Below, piece by piece: positions 1 to 11,887 of a DNA stretch of 64,000 nucleotides. Within the stretch, counting starts at the first letter, position 1. The number at the start of each line of letters is the position of its first letter. This DNA comes from Amoebidium appalachense (Eukaryota; Protista; Ichthyosporea), in assembly GCA_963693365.1 (NCBI GenBank), contig CAVNZM010000017.1:6190708-6254707 (forward strand). Reading direction: 5' to 3'. Below the pieces are notes generated by a model. It worked only from the letters and a program-made list of their open reading frames with translations, had not been told where the DNA came from and did not search any database. The position numbers were made by a program, and so were the translations under genes.

Positions 1-64
1 CATACGTCTATATGTAGACAACACAGTAAACAAATATACATACAACTAGTAGTAACACATACAG

Positions 65-210
65 ACACGCCCACCAAAGTTGTGTCCGAGGTAAAACTGA
101 GCTTCGACGGGTATACCTACGTTTACAAAATGCCATCAGGAGCCCCAGTGAAACCCCCCAAAATGATTGATGTTGCAAAAATCATGAAAAATGGCTTGCT
201 GTACTATTGA
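65..210 (+). CDS. Candidate terminal exon of a gene starting upstream of the window
   Basis: Acceptor-like catacag ends at 64, followed by a non-repetitive open frame TPTKVVSEVKLSFDGYTYVYKMPSGAPVKPPKMIDVAKIMKNGLLYY-TGA(208-210) and then AT-rich sequence. No family recognised. Confidence 0.3.
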
Positions 211-520
211 CTATGTAGCAGCTGTATGTAGTAGTACTTCAGTACTTGTCTCTCAAATTTTTATTAGTTTATAAACAGAAAGAAAAACTACCCATTTGAA
301 CGTGTAAGTAAATTATAGGGAATTTTCAGTGCCTTATGGATGGTGCATCAGGCATAAAATGTGTTCGTGATCACTTCAAATTTGGCGGCAGGGCAGGAAA
401 TTACACTGTTTTCGGAAGTAAATATACCGTTAATTTTCAGAAAGTACCAGTAAAGCCTGGGACTTAGTTCCACCTGCGTTGGAGGTTAGGGAAATAAATA
501 AAAGGAAGAGTGCCCCTTCT

Positions 521-568
<48 letters not shown>

Positions 569-1773
569 CCTCCTCTTTGAACCGCCCAAAGCTGGAACTC
601 TGGGTTTTTTCCTGGGAAAACACAGGAACTTGCAAAAACGCAAAAAGTTATCTCAACATCGCAGTACTAACGTATATACCTCATGACCAGTCCATTGCTG
701 GCTAACGCAAATGGAAAATGCAGGTTGTGTTATCCACTCAATATCAAATTTAGTGTGCTTTCTGGGCCTGTTGTATTTTGTTTTTGCATTCACTCTACAA
801 AGATATATATATAGTTCAAGAGATATATAGATCAACAGACGCCAGCTAACATTAGTCAGGCTCGAAAGGAGCAGCCAACGTAGTTATAGTGGACACATGA
901 TTGTTGGGAATAAATGAGAGGAGATTTATATTATAGTAATATAAAGGCAAGATTATGATATTGCCAATGAATCATACGGGGTCCGGAGGGCCGAAGGCCT
1001 CCCGGCGCCGGATAGGTATACATTTATCGGACACTCGGCGGCGGATATAGGGAAGTAAATATCTCCGGACAAAAATAGGCGGCGATCCGCCAGGTACCAA
1101 AATACAGTAATCCTAAATCGTAATTTCTAGCCCTGTTTGGCGGCCTGGGCCCTGGCCAAAACAAAGTTTTCGAGATTTCGCACACAAGTCAAACTTTCCC
1201 AAGAATTAGGGTTAGGGAGACAAAAGAATGTTGAATAAACCCGACAGTTCATTTTAGCAAAATTTTCAATCCCCCGTGATCGATTATATGTGGCTCGGCT
1301 CAGCATAAGGCGAATAAGCAAGAAGGTAAACCGACGGAGACTTTAAAGTTATAAACGCGTACAATAAAATAGGAACTACACTTACCTATTTTGTTTTTTG
1401 TTTCGTTTGCCCACGCGTCTCACCGGCTGGACACTGTCACGTGCAGCCAACGTTGCATCTTTATGCCAGAACTGATAAACGTGGAATGTGATGTTTATCG
1501 ATGATCGCATGTGCGTAAGATCAGGGTTTGCAAAGTGAACAATATATCCGATTTATGGATTTGAAACCCCAATATTTTACTAAAGCTGGGCCTTTCTAAG
1601 ACAGGAGAGGGCCGACAGCATACCGGGTTTTACTCCCATGCGGTCAAGAACGCCTGCCCCGGGTATGTCAGTGGCGCCCTGGAGTCGATATTGAATAGAA
1701 CACATGATCAAGGCCACTAGCTACTACTAAACTATTAGCCTGCCCCATTGAGGGATTCATAGTATTTGACGTT

Positions 1774-1811
<38 letters not shown>

Positions 1812-2169
1812 TCTCTCCCCCCGTGTGTCACTGTGTGTGTGTGTGTGTGTGACACCGTGTGTCCGTGTGCGTGTGTGTGTGTGTGCATGTGCGTGTTTGG
1901 GAAGCGGAGGGGGGTACACATTCGAATATTTGAACGGACAAGCTTAGGAACTCGCAAAGTGACATGTACATGTGCTCCTGTTTGGATTCGTCATGCCCCG
2001 CCTGGGTCGCTTTATCCCAACAACACCAGCACATTCCCTCGACCTCGGGCAAAATAACCGGCAACTAGCCGTTGTTGTTCAAACATCTGATTGAAGTTCC
2101 AGGTCTGAGGGGTAAATGGTCACTTATTACCTCAGTTTGCAAAAGGAATGGAGGAAACTCGAGTCTGAA

Positions 2170-2326
2170 TTTTTTTTTTTTTTAAAAAAAAAAAAAACTT
2201 TCCGGAATAGCCAAGGCATCCGATCCTTGACTACCCCGGTTGGAGTTAGCTTAGAGGGCCATTGCCATAGTCCTGCACCCAGGCGAGTCCCTTCAGGGCA
2301 TCCGATCCCCAATGCGCTACATCCCG
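2170..2326 (-). mobile_element. Repeat family 2 (Pol III/SINE-like), copy lacking the 5' B-box
   Basis: Close to the reverse complement of 49967-50094, with an internal indel. On the - strand it ends GGAAAG-T14-A14. Confidence 0.65.
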
Positions 2327-2697
2327 TAAATTGTAACTTTTGTATTTCACTATCGTTGTAATCATGAAATCTATCTACCCTCCTCATATAGCCTGTTAGC
2401 GACCAAGCAAAAATCTAACACGCTTATTTATTAGACAAGTTCAAACATGCTACTTGGAAAAAAAAAAAAAGGGCCAAAGAAACTTTGTAAAAACACCTTG
2501 ACACAGACGCCACACAACGATGTCATGTCTGTAAGCAACACTTAATGCATTTTCTCCATATACCTCTGTGCCGCGCTACAGCGGGAACCAGATGGAAATT
2601 CAATGCAAACTTAGATAATCTATTGCGAGATAGACTAACAGTAAATTGGTTGTAGGAGATGTAGATGTGGGGTTTTAGGGTCGGGCCGTAAAAAGTT

Positions 2698-2777
2698 TCA
2701 CTCTGACTCGGAGTCGGAGGATGATTCGTCCGATAGAAGCTCCTCTTCGGTAACCGCCATGAGCGAATCAAGCGGGG

Positions 2778-2811
<34 letters not shown>

Positions 2812-2966
2812 AAATAGTGAGCAACGACATTGTGATGCATGCATGTGTGAATGGATGCGCGAGAATGTGGCAGTCCCCCCCCCCCCCCCCCCCCCCCCCC
2901 CGGGCGGTTTCCCACTATAGGCACCATCAGAAACACCCACGCAAGTCGAGTTTCGGGCAGGGGGAG

Positions 2967-3012
<46 letters not shown>

Positions 3013-3422
3013 CCCAACCCACAAACACAATGCCCAGGCACTATTCCACACACAAAATGCAGTTATGCTCGTGAGTGCATCGCTCCGCATGCACGTATGA
3101 AGCCCACCGTCAACTGGCTGGCCTGCACATAGTGGTAGCCCACACACCCACACAACCAATAAGTTCTGTGCTTGTAAAAAATGGAGGCAAGCCGTGCCCA
3201 CAAAACTCCCCAGTGCACACCCACCCACCCACCAACACCACCTTCACCCACCGCCACACACACACGTACACACACACGCACCTGCTTCTGCTGCTGCAGT
3301 TTCTGGATCAGCTTGTGCCTGTGCTCACTCAGGTTGGCCGCATTGGCCCTTTGAAGCCGAAACTCTGCCATCTCCTCCTGGTGAAAAAAACACCAGTCAG
3401 GACATGCCACACACAGATATTG

Positions 3423-3467
<45 letters not shown>

Positions 3468-3660
3468 CGAGTGCATTCTATAGTATTTACACCGACCCGC
3501 TTTTTCCACAAAACTTCCCCACCGGGGGTGGGAAGGAGGAGGAGGAGGGGAGGAGGGGGGGGTTTGAATGCGGAACACGGTACGAAGTATGTATACACGA
3601 CGAGAAGCATGGTGCAGGACACATGCAAAGGCAAACATTCAAGTATGCAACATCAAAGGT

Positions 3661-3702
<42 letters not shown>

Positions 3703-3770
3703 GGGGGGGGAAGGTGTATCAGATTACGACGTACCCATTCAGGACGGCAACATAATGCTAAGGGGAAGGG

Positions 3771-3804
<34 letters not shown>

Positions 3805-3828
3805 AGGGGCAACATAGTGCAAAGCGAA

Positions 3829-3866
<38 letters not shown>

Positions 3867-4152
3867 ACCTGCAGCCACCCCATATCGAGTGTCGATAATA
3901 CAAACTAACTCGCACGGGAATCACCACCCTCAGTGAAAGATAGAACACTACAAAAATGCACACGAAAAACCACAGGAGCACACATTCACACAACACGTAC
4001 AACACACACCCTTGCCTTCCACACCCCTCCACCACCCAATCTTTCACTCGACCACAGCATCCCTCAAATACAAACACCACAACACCAGCAACCAAAACAA
4101 TGGACAGACGAGCACACACACACACATCCCAACAATGCCCAGGGACCTACTA

Positions 4153-4183
<31 letters not shown>

Positions 4184-4187
4184 CACA

Positions 4188-4231
<44 letters not shown>

Positions 4232-4389
4232 CACGCACACACACACACACACCTCCGTGATGACGCTTGCAAATCCACCTCCATTTTCGTCATTCCTCCA
4301 ACCCAGCACCTGCAGAAATCGTTCTTCCTCCTGTACCAACCGACATCAGATACTACCTCTGAATCCACCCTACTGTAGTTGCAACCAAT

Positions 4390-4429
<40 letters not shown>

Positions 4430-4669
4430 CCCCAGCGTAACCCCGTCTTCCCAACACTCCCCCTTCCCCTCCCCTGTGTGTATGTGCATGTGGGTGTGGG
4501 TGTGGCCACATCTTACAATCCCATCCCCCCCCCCCCCAAAAAAAAAAAAACACACACACACATACACACCCATCCGCCGCCGCCACAACCACCATCACGC
4601 CTTTAGAAAAACCAATTGCAGTGCATACTACTCCTCTGTCCCTCCCTTCCCCCCCCTCCCCCCAATCCC

Positions 4670-4713
<44 letters not shown>

Positions 4714-5180
4714 AGCCCAAGCTTCTGTCTCTCACCAACCATTCCCTCCCCCCCTTACCCCGGGCACTCAACACAAAAACCACCTTCAACGTTCCTTCAC
4801 CTACAACCCATTGAAGAAAGAAGAATGCCAAAACTTCAAGGAAAGAAGAGACGAGTGCGGAAAGCGAAGAGCAACAAACAGGAACCAAAAACTCACCTCA
4901 AGAGACCGAGAGAGCAAACTTGCGCCAGATGTGACACCGTTGATGGAGCTGTGTGTGTGTGTGTGTCCATGTGCATGTGTGTGTGTGTGTGTGTGCATGT
5001 GTGTGTGTGTGTGTGACCATAGATGCGAGTGAGTGTGAGTGTGCAATTGTGAGCCTGTGCGCGCGTATGTAGGCCTACATAAGTGTGGCCCAAATGAAGC
5101 CTGTCCGTGTGCCCGAGGAGGGCAAAACATCTGAGTATGCGCACGTAATTACACCAAATGACGAACACAACCTTTCTATT

Positions 5181-5228
<48 letters not shown>

Positions 5229-5252
5229 TAAACCCTTCTGCTCTCTCCATCA

Positions 5253-5296
<44 letters not shown>

Positions 5297-5535
5297 CATT
5301 AAAAAGCCCTCCGGAGGAACAAGCTAAACCACCACCACCTCAAAGATCTGTCCCTATCTCACCCGCTCCAAACAAACACGCATACAAGCGTAACGTTCGA
5401 CCACATCTATAGCACAGCTGACTTTTTGCATCTTTAGATAGCACCTCTTAACATCACATCCCATCTTTCCCCTTGCTCGCCGCCCCTTCCCATCCGTTCT
5501 TTCCCTCGACTCCTTTCAAACACACGCGCGCATGC

Positions 5536-5566
<31 letters not shown>

Positions 5567-6690
5567 CAACACACACACACACCATCACACACACACGCGC
5601 GCACGCACCTTGCCAGACCATCTTCCTCCTGCCCCTTTCTGGGCGCAATGGCCACTGCCTGCGACCTCCCCTGCACGTGCACATTCTCCCCCTCCCCCTC
5701 CCCCTCCGCTCCTTCCTCTCCCGCCTCCCCCTCCTCCTCCCCCACATCCAAACCACACAAAGCATCCACCATCTCTTCCATCCCCTCTTCCTTCTCTTTT
5801 TCTTCATCAGAAAGGTTGGTGGGTGGGCTCGGGGGTGCTGACGTTGCGAGGGAGGCAGGGGGGGTCATGGTGGGCGAGGTGTTGCCGGAGGGGGTGAGTG
5901 TGTGCAGGCGGGGGGGTGCTTGTGCTTGGACCCCCCCTGAGGATGTGCTCCGTTGGAGGGTTCGGAAACCGAGTTGGGTCGGTACCGAACCGAGCCGGGT
6001 CAGGGTTGCGGTGGGTCGGGTCAGCGCTGTGTCGTCACTTGACTGCGGGTGGAAAGAGTGTGAGCAAAATGGTGGGGGCTCAATGTGAACGAAAATACAT
6101 TTTGCCATCGTTCCGTCATTGCCGACAATCTTGCAAGTGCGTGTTTCTACAGATGAGAGATGCGACGAGAGGGCGTTTTGTGAGTGTGACGGTGGTAGTG
6201 GAGGCTACGTGAAATTGATGTGACGTGGCTGGCAGCCGAAGAGAGGAAGGGGGAGGAGGAGGAGGGGGGAGGGGAGGGGGGGGGGGGGGGGGGGGGGGTT
6301 TGAATGCGGAAACGGTACGAAGTACGCATACACGATGAGAAGCATGGTGCAGGACACATGCAAAGGCAAACATTCAAGTATGCAACATCAGCCATGCGCA
6401 CAGTATGCGTCATAAGCAGAGCCCATCCTCAGGGAGGGCCCAAGTTCAGAGCCCATCCTCAGGGAGGGCCCAAGTCATCAATTGCGTCTGAGTTTCGACC
6501 CCTTAGCCCGCGTATATACGACTCTCCAACTCAGACCGCAGCATCAACTGAACTTGGGAGGGTCAACCCGTCTTGATCAAAGACGAGCAGGGTTGCTTAT
6601 GCAAGCAAGGTGAGCAAAACGGTGAATATGTGTGTGCAAACTAATGCAGTGCAGCGGAAAATGCGTATGTGCTTACAGATGCACGACACA

Positions 6691-6744
<54 letters not shown>

Positions 6745-7355
6745 AGGTCAAATGCAAGGAAATACAGAGAATGCACAGCACACACAAACACTGCGCAGTC
6801 AGCGGGCAAAGTATCAACGTGTCGCTGTACGCAGGTGCACATACACACAGGGAGGGGCCATTTGCCTTCTTCCTTGCCAGCAGTGGTGGGGGTGCGGGTG
6901 CTGCAGGACGTACAGGGGCCTTGGTGGTGGATGTCTTGGAGGTGTCCTTGCTCTTGGCTAGCCGCTAGAATGGGGAATGAAAAGGTACGAACAAAAATTG
7001 CATGTGTTGAGAATACTACCAGCCTGCACGACACAGACTTATTCTCTACACATCTAAGCCTGTTTTTTTTTGTTTTTTTTTTAAAAAAAAAAAAAGGGAA
7101 AAAAAAAGAGAAAAGAAAAAAAGGGCGGGAGGAGGGGGGGGGGGGGGGGGGGGGGTGTTCCTTCCTATATAAACCCTCTTATCCAATACCTCCTTTTCCT
7201 CTTGACAAAGTGTGCAACAACACACACACACACACACACAGACAGACAAACACACACACATCCACACACACACAGAGAGAGAAGAAGACATGCACAGGTA
7301 CACAGCTACCCACAACCGCTTCCGCACCCAGATGCTTGCGCACCCACACAATTAG

Positions 7356-7390
<35 letters not shown>

Positions 7391-8624
7391 CCGCCACACA
7401 CACACACACCCGTCCCCCCTCTCCCCCACCCAATCTCCAAACACCCACACACACACAACCCACCCACCTTCATAGGCATGGTGGGCTTTGCAGGGACCAG
7501 GTTCTGATAAAACTCCTTCGTCATCACAGGCCCCTGTGTGCTTGCACTGGCCTGGGGCACAGCCACAGGCGCAGATACCTGCCTAACCACCGCTGCAGCA
7601 ACCGTTCCCGCGGGTGGACGAGATATAACCGTTTGGGATATACCCGGTGAATTGCGGGATAGTGGGGGGTCCATGGAGAGGGTGGTGGGGGGGTTGATGG
7701 GGCTGAGGCTGGCTGTGGTAGGGTTGGAGGAGGATGCTTGCGGGTGTGATGGTGCGCGTGTTGTTGTGCGTGTGCGCACATCACTGACACCTGTGGGGGT
7801 GTGGAATGTGTCAGAGTGTAGATAGGTGGGGATATGAAAGAAATGATGTGTTACTACACTCAAAGAGCCCCAGATAGCTTAGAGGGGACCAAAATGGGGT
7901 TTTTAGGGCGTGACAAAAATGTGTAGTTCAAAGAAAGAGCGCCCTTTGTGTGTGTGCTGGACTGCATGCACGCTGTTACTTGGTGCGGGAAGAACTGAAA
8001 AGAGTATATCACAAGACAGGTGCTCGTTTGTGCGCTTGCACGTGTCCATGTGTGTGTATCTTATCCGTGCACATGCACGGGAGCAAAGTTGTGTGTGTGC
8101 TGTAACATCTGTGCACATGAATGCCGTGATGACAGAGGGTGACACAACCGTGTTGTGGTGATAACTAACAACACTGGGGAACCAAGAAGAATGGGGGACA
8201 GGTGAAGGGGGCGCCCAGGGGGGGGGGGGGGTGTACGAAGTACGCATACACGATGAGAAGCATGGTGCACGACACATGCAAAGGCAAACATTCAAGTATG
8301 CAACATCAGCCATGCGCACAGTATGCGTCATAAGCAGAGCCCATCCTCAGGGAGGGCCCAAGTCATGGGAAGAGTGACAAAGAGATGCAGCACAGCAAAT
8401 TGGGTATGATGGTATGCCAAACGCTTTTCGAAATCAAACGCACTACTATTTCCCAGCGGTACACACCCAAGCACACAAAACCTGACATGAAGTGCAACAA
8501 GGGGAACATATACGAAACTGAGCCAAAAAATACTTTTGCACCACGGCTTCGCAAAACTCCTGCCACCCAAACGCCCAAACGACGTTGGCATGCACATGCA
8601 TCCCCAAACAGCACACACAGATAC

Positions 8625-8703
<79 letters not shown>

Positions 8704-10316
8704 CCACCACGCACCCCATGCTGATGCCGGGGGTCTGGGGGCCTGTGACGTTGGTTGGCTCCTCCCAATGCGGTCAGTGGCACCGCCTAATGACGGCTGC
8801 ATGGGGAAAAGAGGGGATCAGATACACGGGCATTAAAAACATGCACATTCATACGAATTACCCAGAAAAAGTTGGTGGCGTGCACATGACATATTTGGAT
8901 GCCTGCTTCTGTGCGTGTGGCGCAGTTGTACGTTTCACCGTTATATACTTACAAGTAGGTCTGTGCGCCCGCTGCGTGGGCGCCAACTGAAGCTGCAGAC
9001 GTCAGCTGCAGTGGTGTCTGAAATCTAGACTCTCAGAAACTCAGTCTGAGCTGGGGGTCTGCCAGCTGGTGTCTGAAATCTAAGACCCTAGGAACTATCT
9101 CAGGTGGGTCTGGGCGCCCGCTGCGCGGGCGCCGGTGGAAGGTGACAGTACGGATGGTAGAAAAGAAGTTGGGGTCTGCCAGCTGGTGTCTGAATCCTAG
9201 ACGCTGAAAACTCTCTTTTCTTTCAAGTTGTTTTTTTCGGCCGGTTCAAACCCGCGCAAGGCTTTATATGGTGTTTGAAACAAACGGGGGTCAAGGGGGC
9301 CCACAATCATGCATTCTGTTTTGATTCGATTTCATTAGCCCTTCGAAGAGCTAGCCGGTGATGCGTCCCCTCTGCACTGGCCCCTCTAACGATTGGTAAA
9401 CGCTTTTTGCTAAAAAATGAGGACGTTAAATGGCCAATCACAGCGGGAATTCGTTTTAAAGTTCTTGCCGATTTTGCTCATTAAATGAGCGTTCCATTGT
9501 TGGTTGTTAACTTTATGAAAACTTATACCGAAATAGTGATTGTTGCACCCATTTTTTTGTGATTCGCCCACGAAACCGTCGGATAATCGCATATTCTGTT
9601 CCGCAATTTAGCGCCCCGACACGTACCCTTCACGTACGTGCGTCGCGGGTGCCTTTTGGACAGTCGTTTTGGGGTTTTTTCCCGCTTATGACACCCATAC
9701 TTTTTGATTAATTAGGTTTTTGATACATGTATACAGCAATTCTTTATTAGCTTTGATTTATTTATGTGTATTTATTATGGATTTTGCGGGCATTGAATTA
9801 CCGACCCCAGCTGGTCAAATTCCGGAATTTGGCTTAAAGGTCGGTTTTTTTGAGTTTGGGTAATGCGAAATGATAAAGCGGCACCCACAGTTTTAGAAGA
9901 ATCTTGATGCATCCTTAAGCAGGGGAGACAATATTATTTTCTAAGACCATTTTCTCAAACCACACCATCGTTTGGGCAGCATCAACTAGCGTGGTACGCC
10001 TGCGTGTGTGTGTATAGCGAGTGCATGTGTGTGTGTGTGAGGATTAGCTGAGTGCATGTCTGTGTCTGTGTGTGTGTGTGTGCGTGTGTCTGTGTGTGTG
10101 TGTGTGTGTGTGTAGAGTGAGTGCGTATGTGTTTTTGTGTGTGTGCGGGTATGTGTGTGTGTGCGCGCATGTGCGCACAAGAGTGTGTGCATGTGCATAT
10201 GCATCGTGACTCGGCAACTAGAATCCTGATCTGTCCATGCACTTGCAAATGGATGTGTAAATCGAGAAAGGGTGCCGCCAACAAATCACTCACATTACCT
10301 AGGTGAGGGCAATGGA

Positions 10317-10351
<35 letters not shown>

Positions 10352-11160
10352 GGGGGGGGGCTCTTACGAAATTTTGCTCGAACGAAGCCCGTTGCCTGTA
10401 GCCTCGTGTTCCGTTCCCCTGCAGAGCAATCACGTTCAAATTCTTCCGTAACAACCCCCCCCCCCCCCCCCTTTCCCCTCAAAAAACCCCACTTTTACAC
10501 CTCAAATCTCTCATGGCAATCAACCAGTATCTTGCAAGTGTTGTGTATCTCATGAATATGCAGGCCCCATGCCCCCCCATAGACTCCTACATTTCACTCG
10601 CAGGACGCACCAGAACAACACGAGAACTTCAGTCAGAAGATACCGAGAAAGGGGGAGGCGGGGGGAGGAAAGGGGGGGGGGGGGGAGGAAGACAGACAGA
10701 GAGGGGGAGGGGAGGGGGGGGGGGGGGGGGGGGGGGGAGGGAGGAAGAGCATGCACGTACCTCATTTCTATCCTCATATCCCCCCTCCTCCTGCACACCC
10801 CCTCCCCGGCCCCCTCTGTCCCTTTGCATATCTATCCACGTCATCGCTCGATTGCGCCCGCGGCGTCTCCCTTCCCCTTCCACCCTTCCCCCCGGGAGGG
10901 GTCGGCCCTGCCTGCCTCCCATAACCACCCCGGGCGCCGCCTATAGAGTCGTGACCTGCACCATACGGCCTCCTATCCCTCTCCTGACCGAAGCCATTTG
11001 AAGGCGAGAAATCATTGCCCCCCGTAAAAACGGGGGGCGCCGCCCCTGACGCGGAGTTTCCCTCTCCGCCCGTGGGTGGATATCCGTTCTGGGATGTGGA
11101 ATTTTGGGGGGTTTCTGAAAACGAGAGCCACTTTGGGGCAAAAATATGGGTGGGGTCCAT
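2698..11160 (-). CDS. GPBP1: Vasculin / GPBP1-like protein (multi-exon)
   Basis: GT-AG exons (-): 11160-10761 (needs one G fewer in a G6 run near 10780), 10418-10368, 8796-8715, 7790-7468, 6964-~6850, 6042-5609, 4948-4897, 4330-4253, 3377-3282, 2778-2698 (TGA). The junction between ~6850 and 6042 is unresolved. The spliced protein has vasculin-family motifs in the expected order: N-terminal IFAPKWLSF, RAQSSDD, SFEQNF|PSLG, FYQNLVPAKP, LLSRSLE|EEERFLQVLGW...ITE|EEMAEF, acidic tail SDESSSDSESE. Motifs were recognised from memory, not by search. Confidence 0.75.
3563..3655 (-). mobile_element. Intronic repeat family 1, copy A (3' tail only)
   Basis: Near-identical to 6299-6390, 19131-19223 (reverse complement) and 45872-45950. 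Poly-G on both sides on the + strand. Confidence 0.85.
6299..6601 (-). mobile_element. Intronic repeat family 1, copy B (longest: structured head plus tail)
   Basis: Head 6601-6411 is homologous to 39661-39818, 58731-58850 and 18955-19045. The tail is homologous to copies A, C, F and G. Contains a tandem duplication of CAGAGCCCATCCTCAGGGAGGGCCCAAGT. Confidence 0.85.
8233..8366 (-). mobile_element. Intronic repeat family 1, copy C
   Basis: Near-identical to 6315-6447 of copy B; truncated at both ends. Confidence 0.85.
8958..9215. repeat. Local modular repeat with GC-rich palindromes in intron 2 of the vasculin-like gene
   Basis: Three copies of TGGTGTCTGAA(A/T)..TA.GAC (near 9012, 9067, 9185) and two copies of GCGCCCGCTGCGYGGGCGCC (near 8965, 9114). 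Confidence 0.6.
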
Positions 11161-11763
11161 TAACGAAACCATTGACGGCACGTTGTGGTTAATGTCGTGG
11201 TGCCGCCAGCGAGGCAAGCATCGAAATGGGTTAAGAAACAGAAGAATGGGTGTAAACTTCCGTTAAAAAAAACTATAACGTTCGACGTGGGGGTTTGAAT
11301 TCCCGTTGTATCCGGAGTAAATCTCCGATTAGGAAGTAATGCTGGTGTGAAAACCACAGCCAACAATTTCAGAAAGGCACCACCGCTACAAAAAAGGATG
11401 GAACCGTCCAAAAAGAGAAAAGACACCGGCAAATTTGCTCGGTGCTGAAATTACGAGTAATAAACTTGAGAAAAGACCCCAAGTCTAGGGTGCTAGTGGC
11501 TGAATAAACACAATTGAAAAGTGTAGAGTTCCCGCGACATGTTAGTGTGTAGGCGGGGTTTGTTTCAAATGCCAAATTGTGGCCAGCCGGCCGCGGTGGT
11601 GCGAACGTCACAGACACTATTTGTGGTGTTCTCCCCCTGTTGGTTGGTGACCATGTCAGTCAATGAAGCAAAAACAACGTGCTCCAAAGCTGAAAGTCTC
11701 AAAATCGGGGAATGGGGGTGGGCGTGGTGGTGGTGGTGGTGGTTGGGGGGGGGGGGGGGGGGG

Positions 11764-11887
11764 TAAATGCTGAACATGGTGCGAGGTACAACTACACGAT
11801 GAGATACACGGTGCAGGACACATGCCCAGGAACACACTCAAGTATACAACATAAGCTGCACCCATTCTCAGGGGGAACAAAGGCCCG
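11764..11887 (-). mobile_element. Intronic repeat family 1, copy D (diverged)
   Basis: AATGCTGAACATGGTGCGAGGTACAACTACACGATGAG...GGTGCAGGACACATGC...CAAGTATACAACATAAGCTGCACCCATTCTCAGGGG aligns with copies B and G, with an internal deletion; poly-G adjacent. Confidence 0.7.

Noticed and set aside
1206-1217. TTAGGG x2 telomere-like repeat
   Set aside because: Only two units; expected by chance.
6411-6601. Hammerhead ribozyme in family 1 (CTGANGA in a three-way junction)
   Set aside because: No GAAA or NUH at the required positions; the nearby GAAAC is not conserved and lies in another helix. An HDV-like fold also did not fit.
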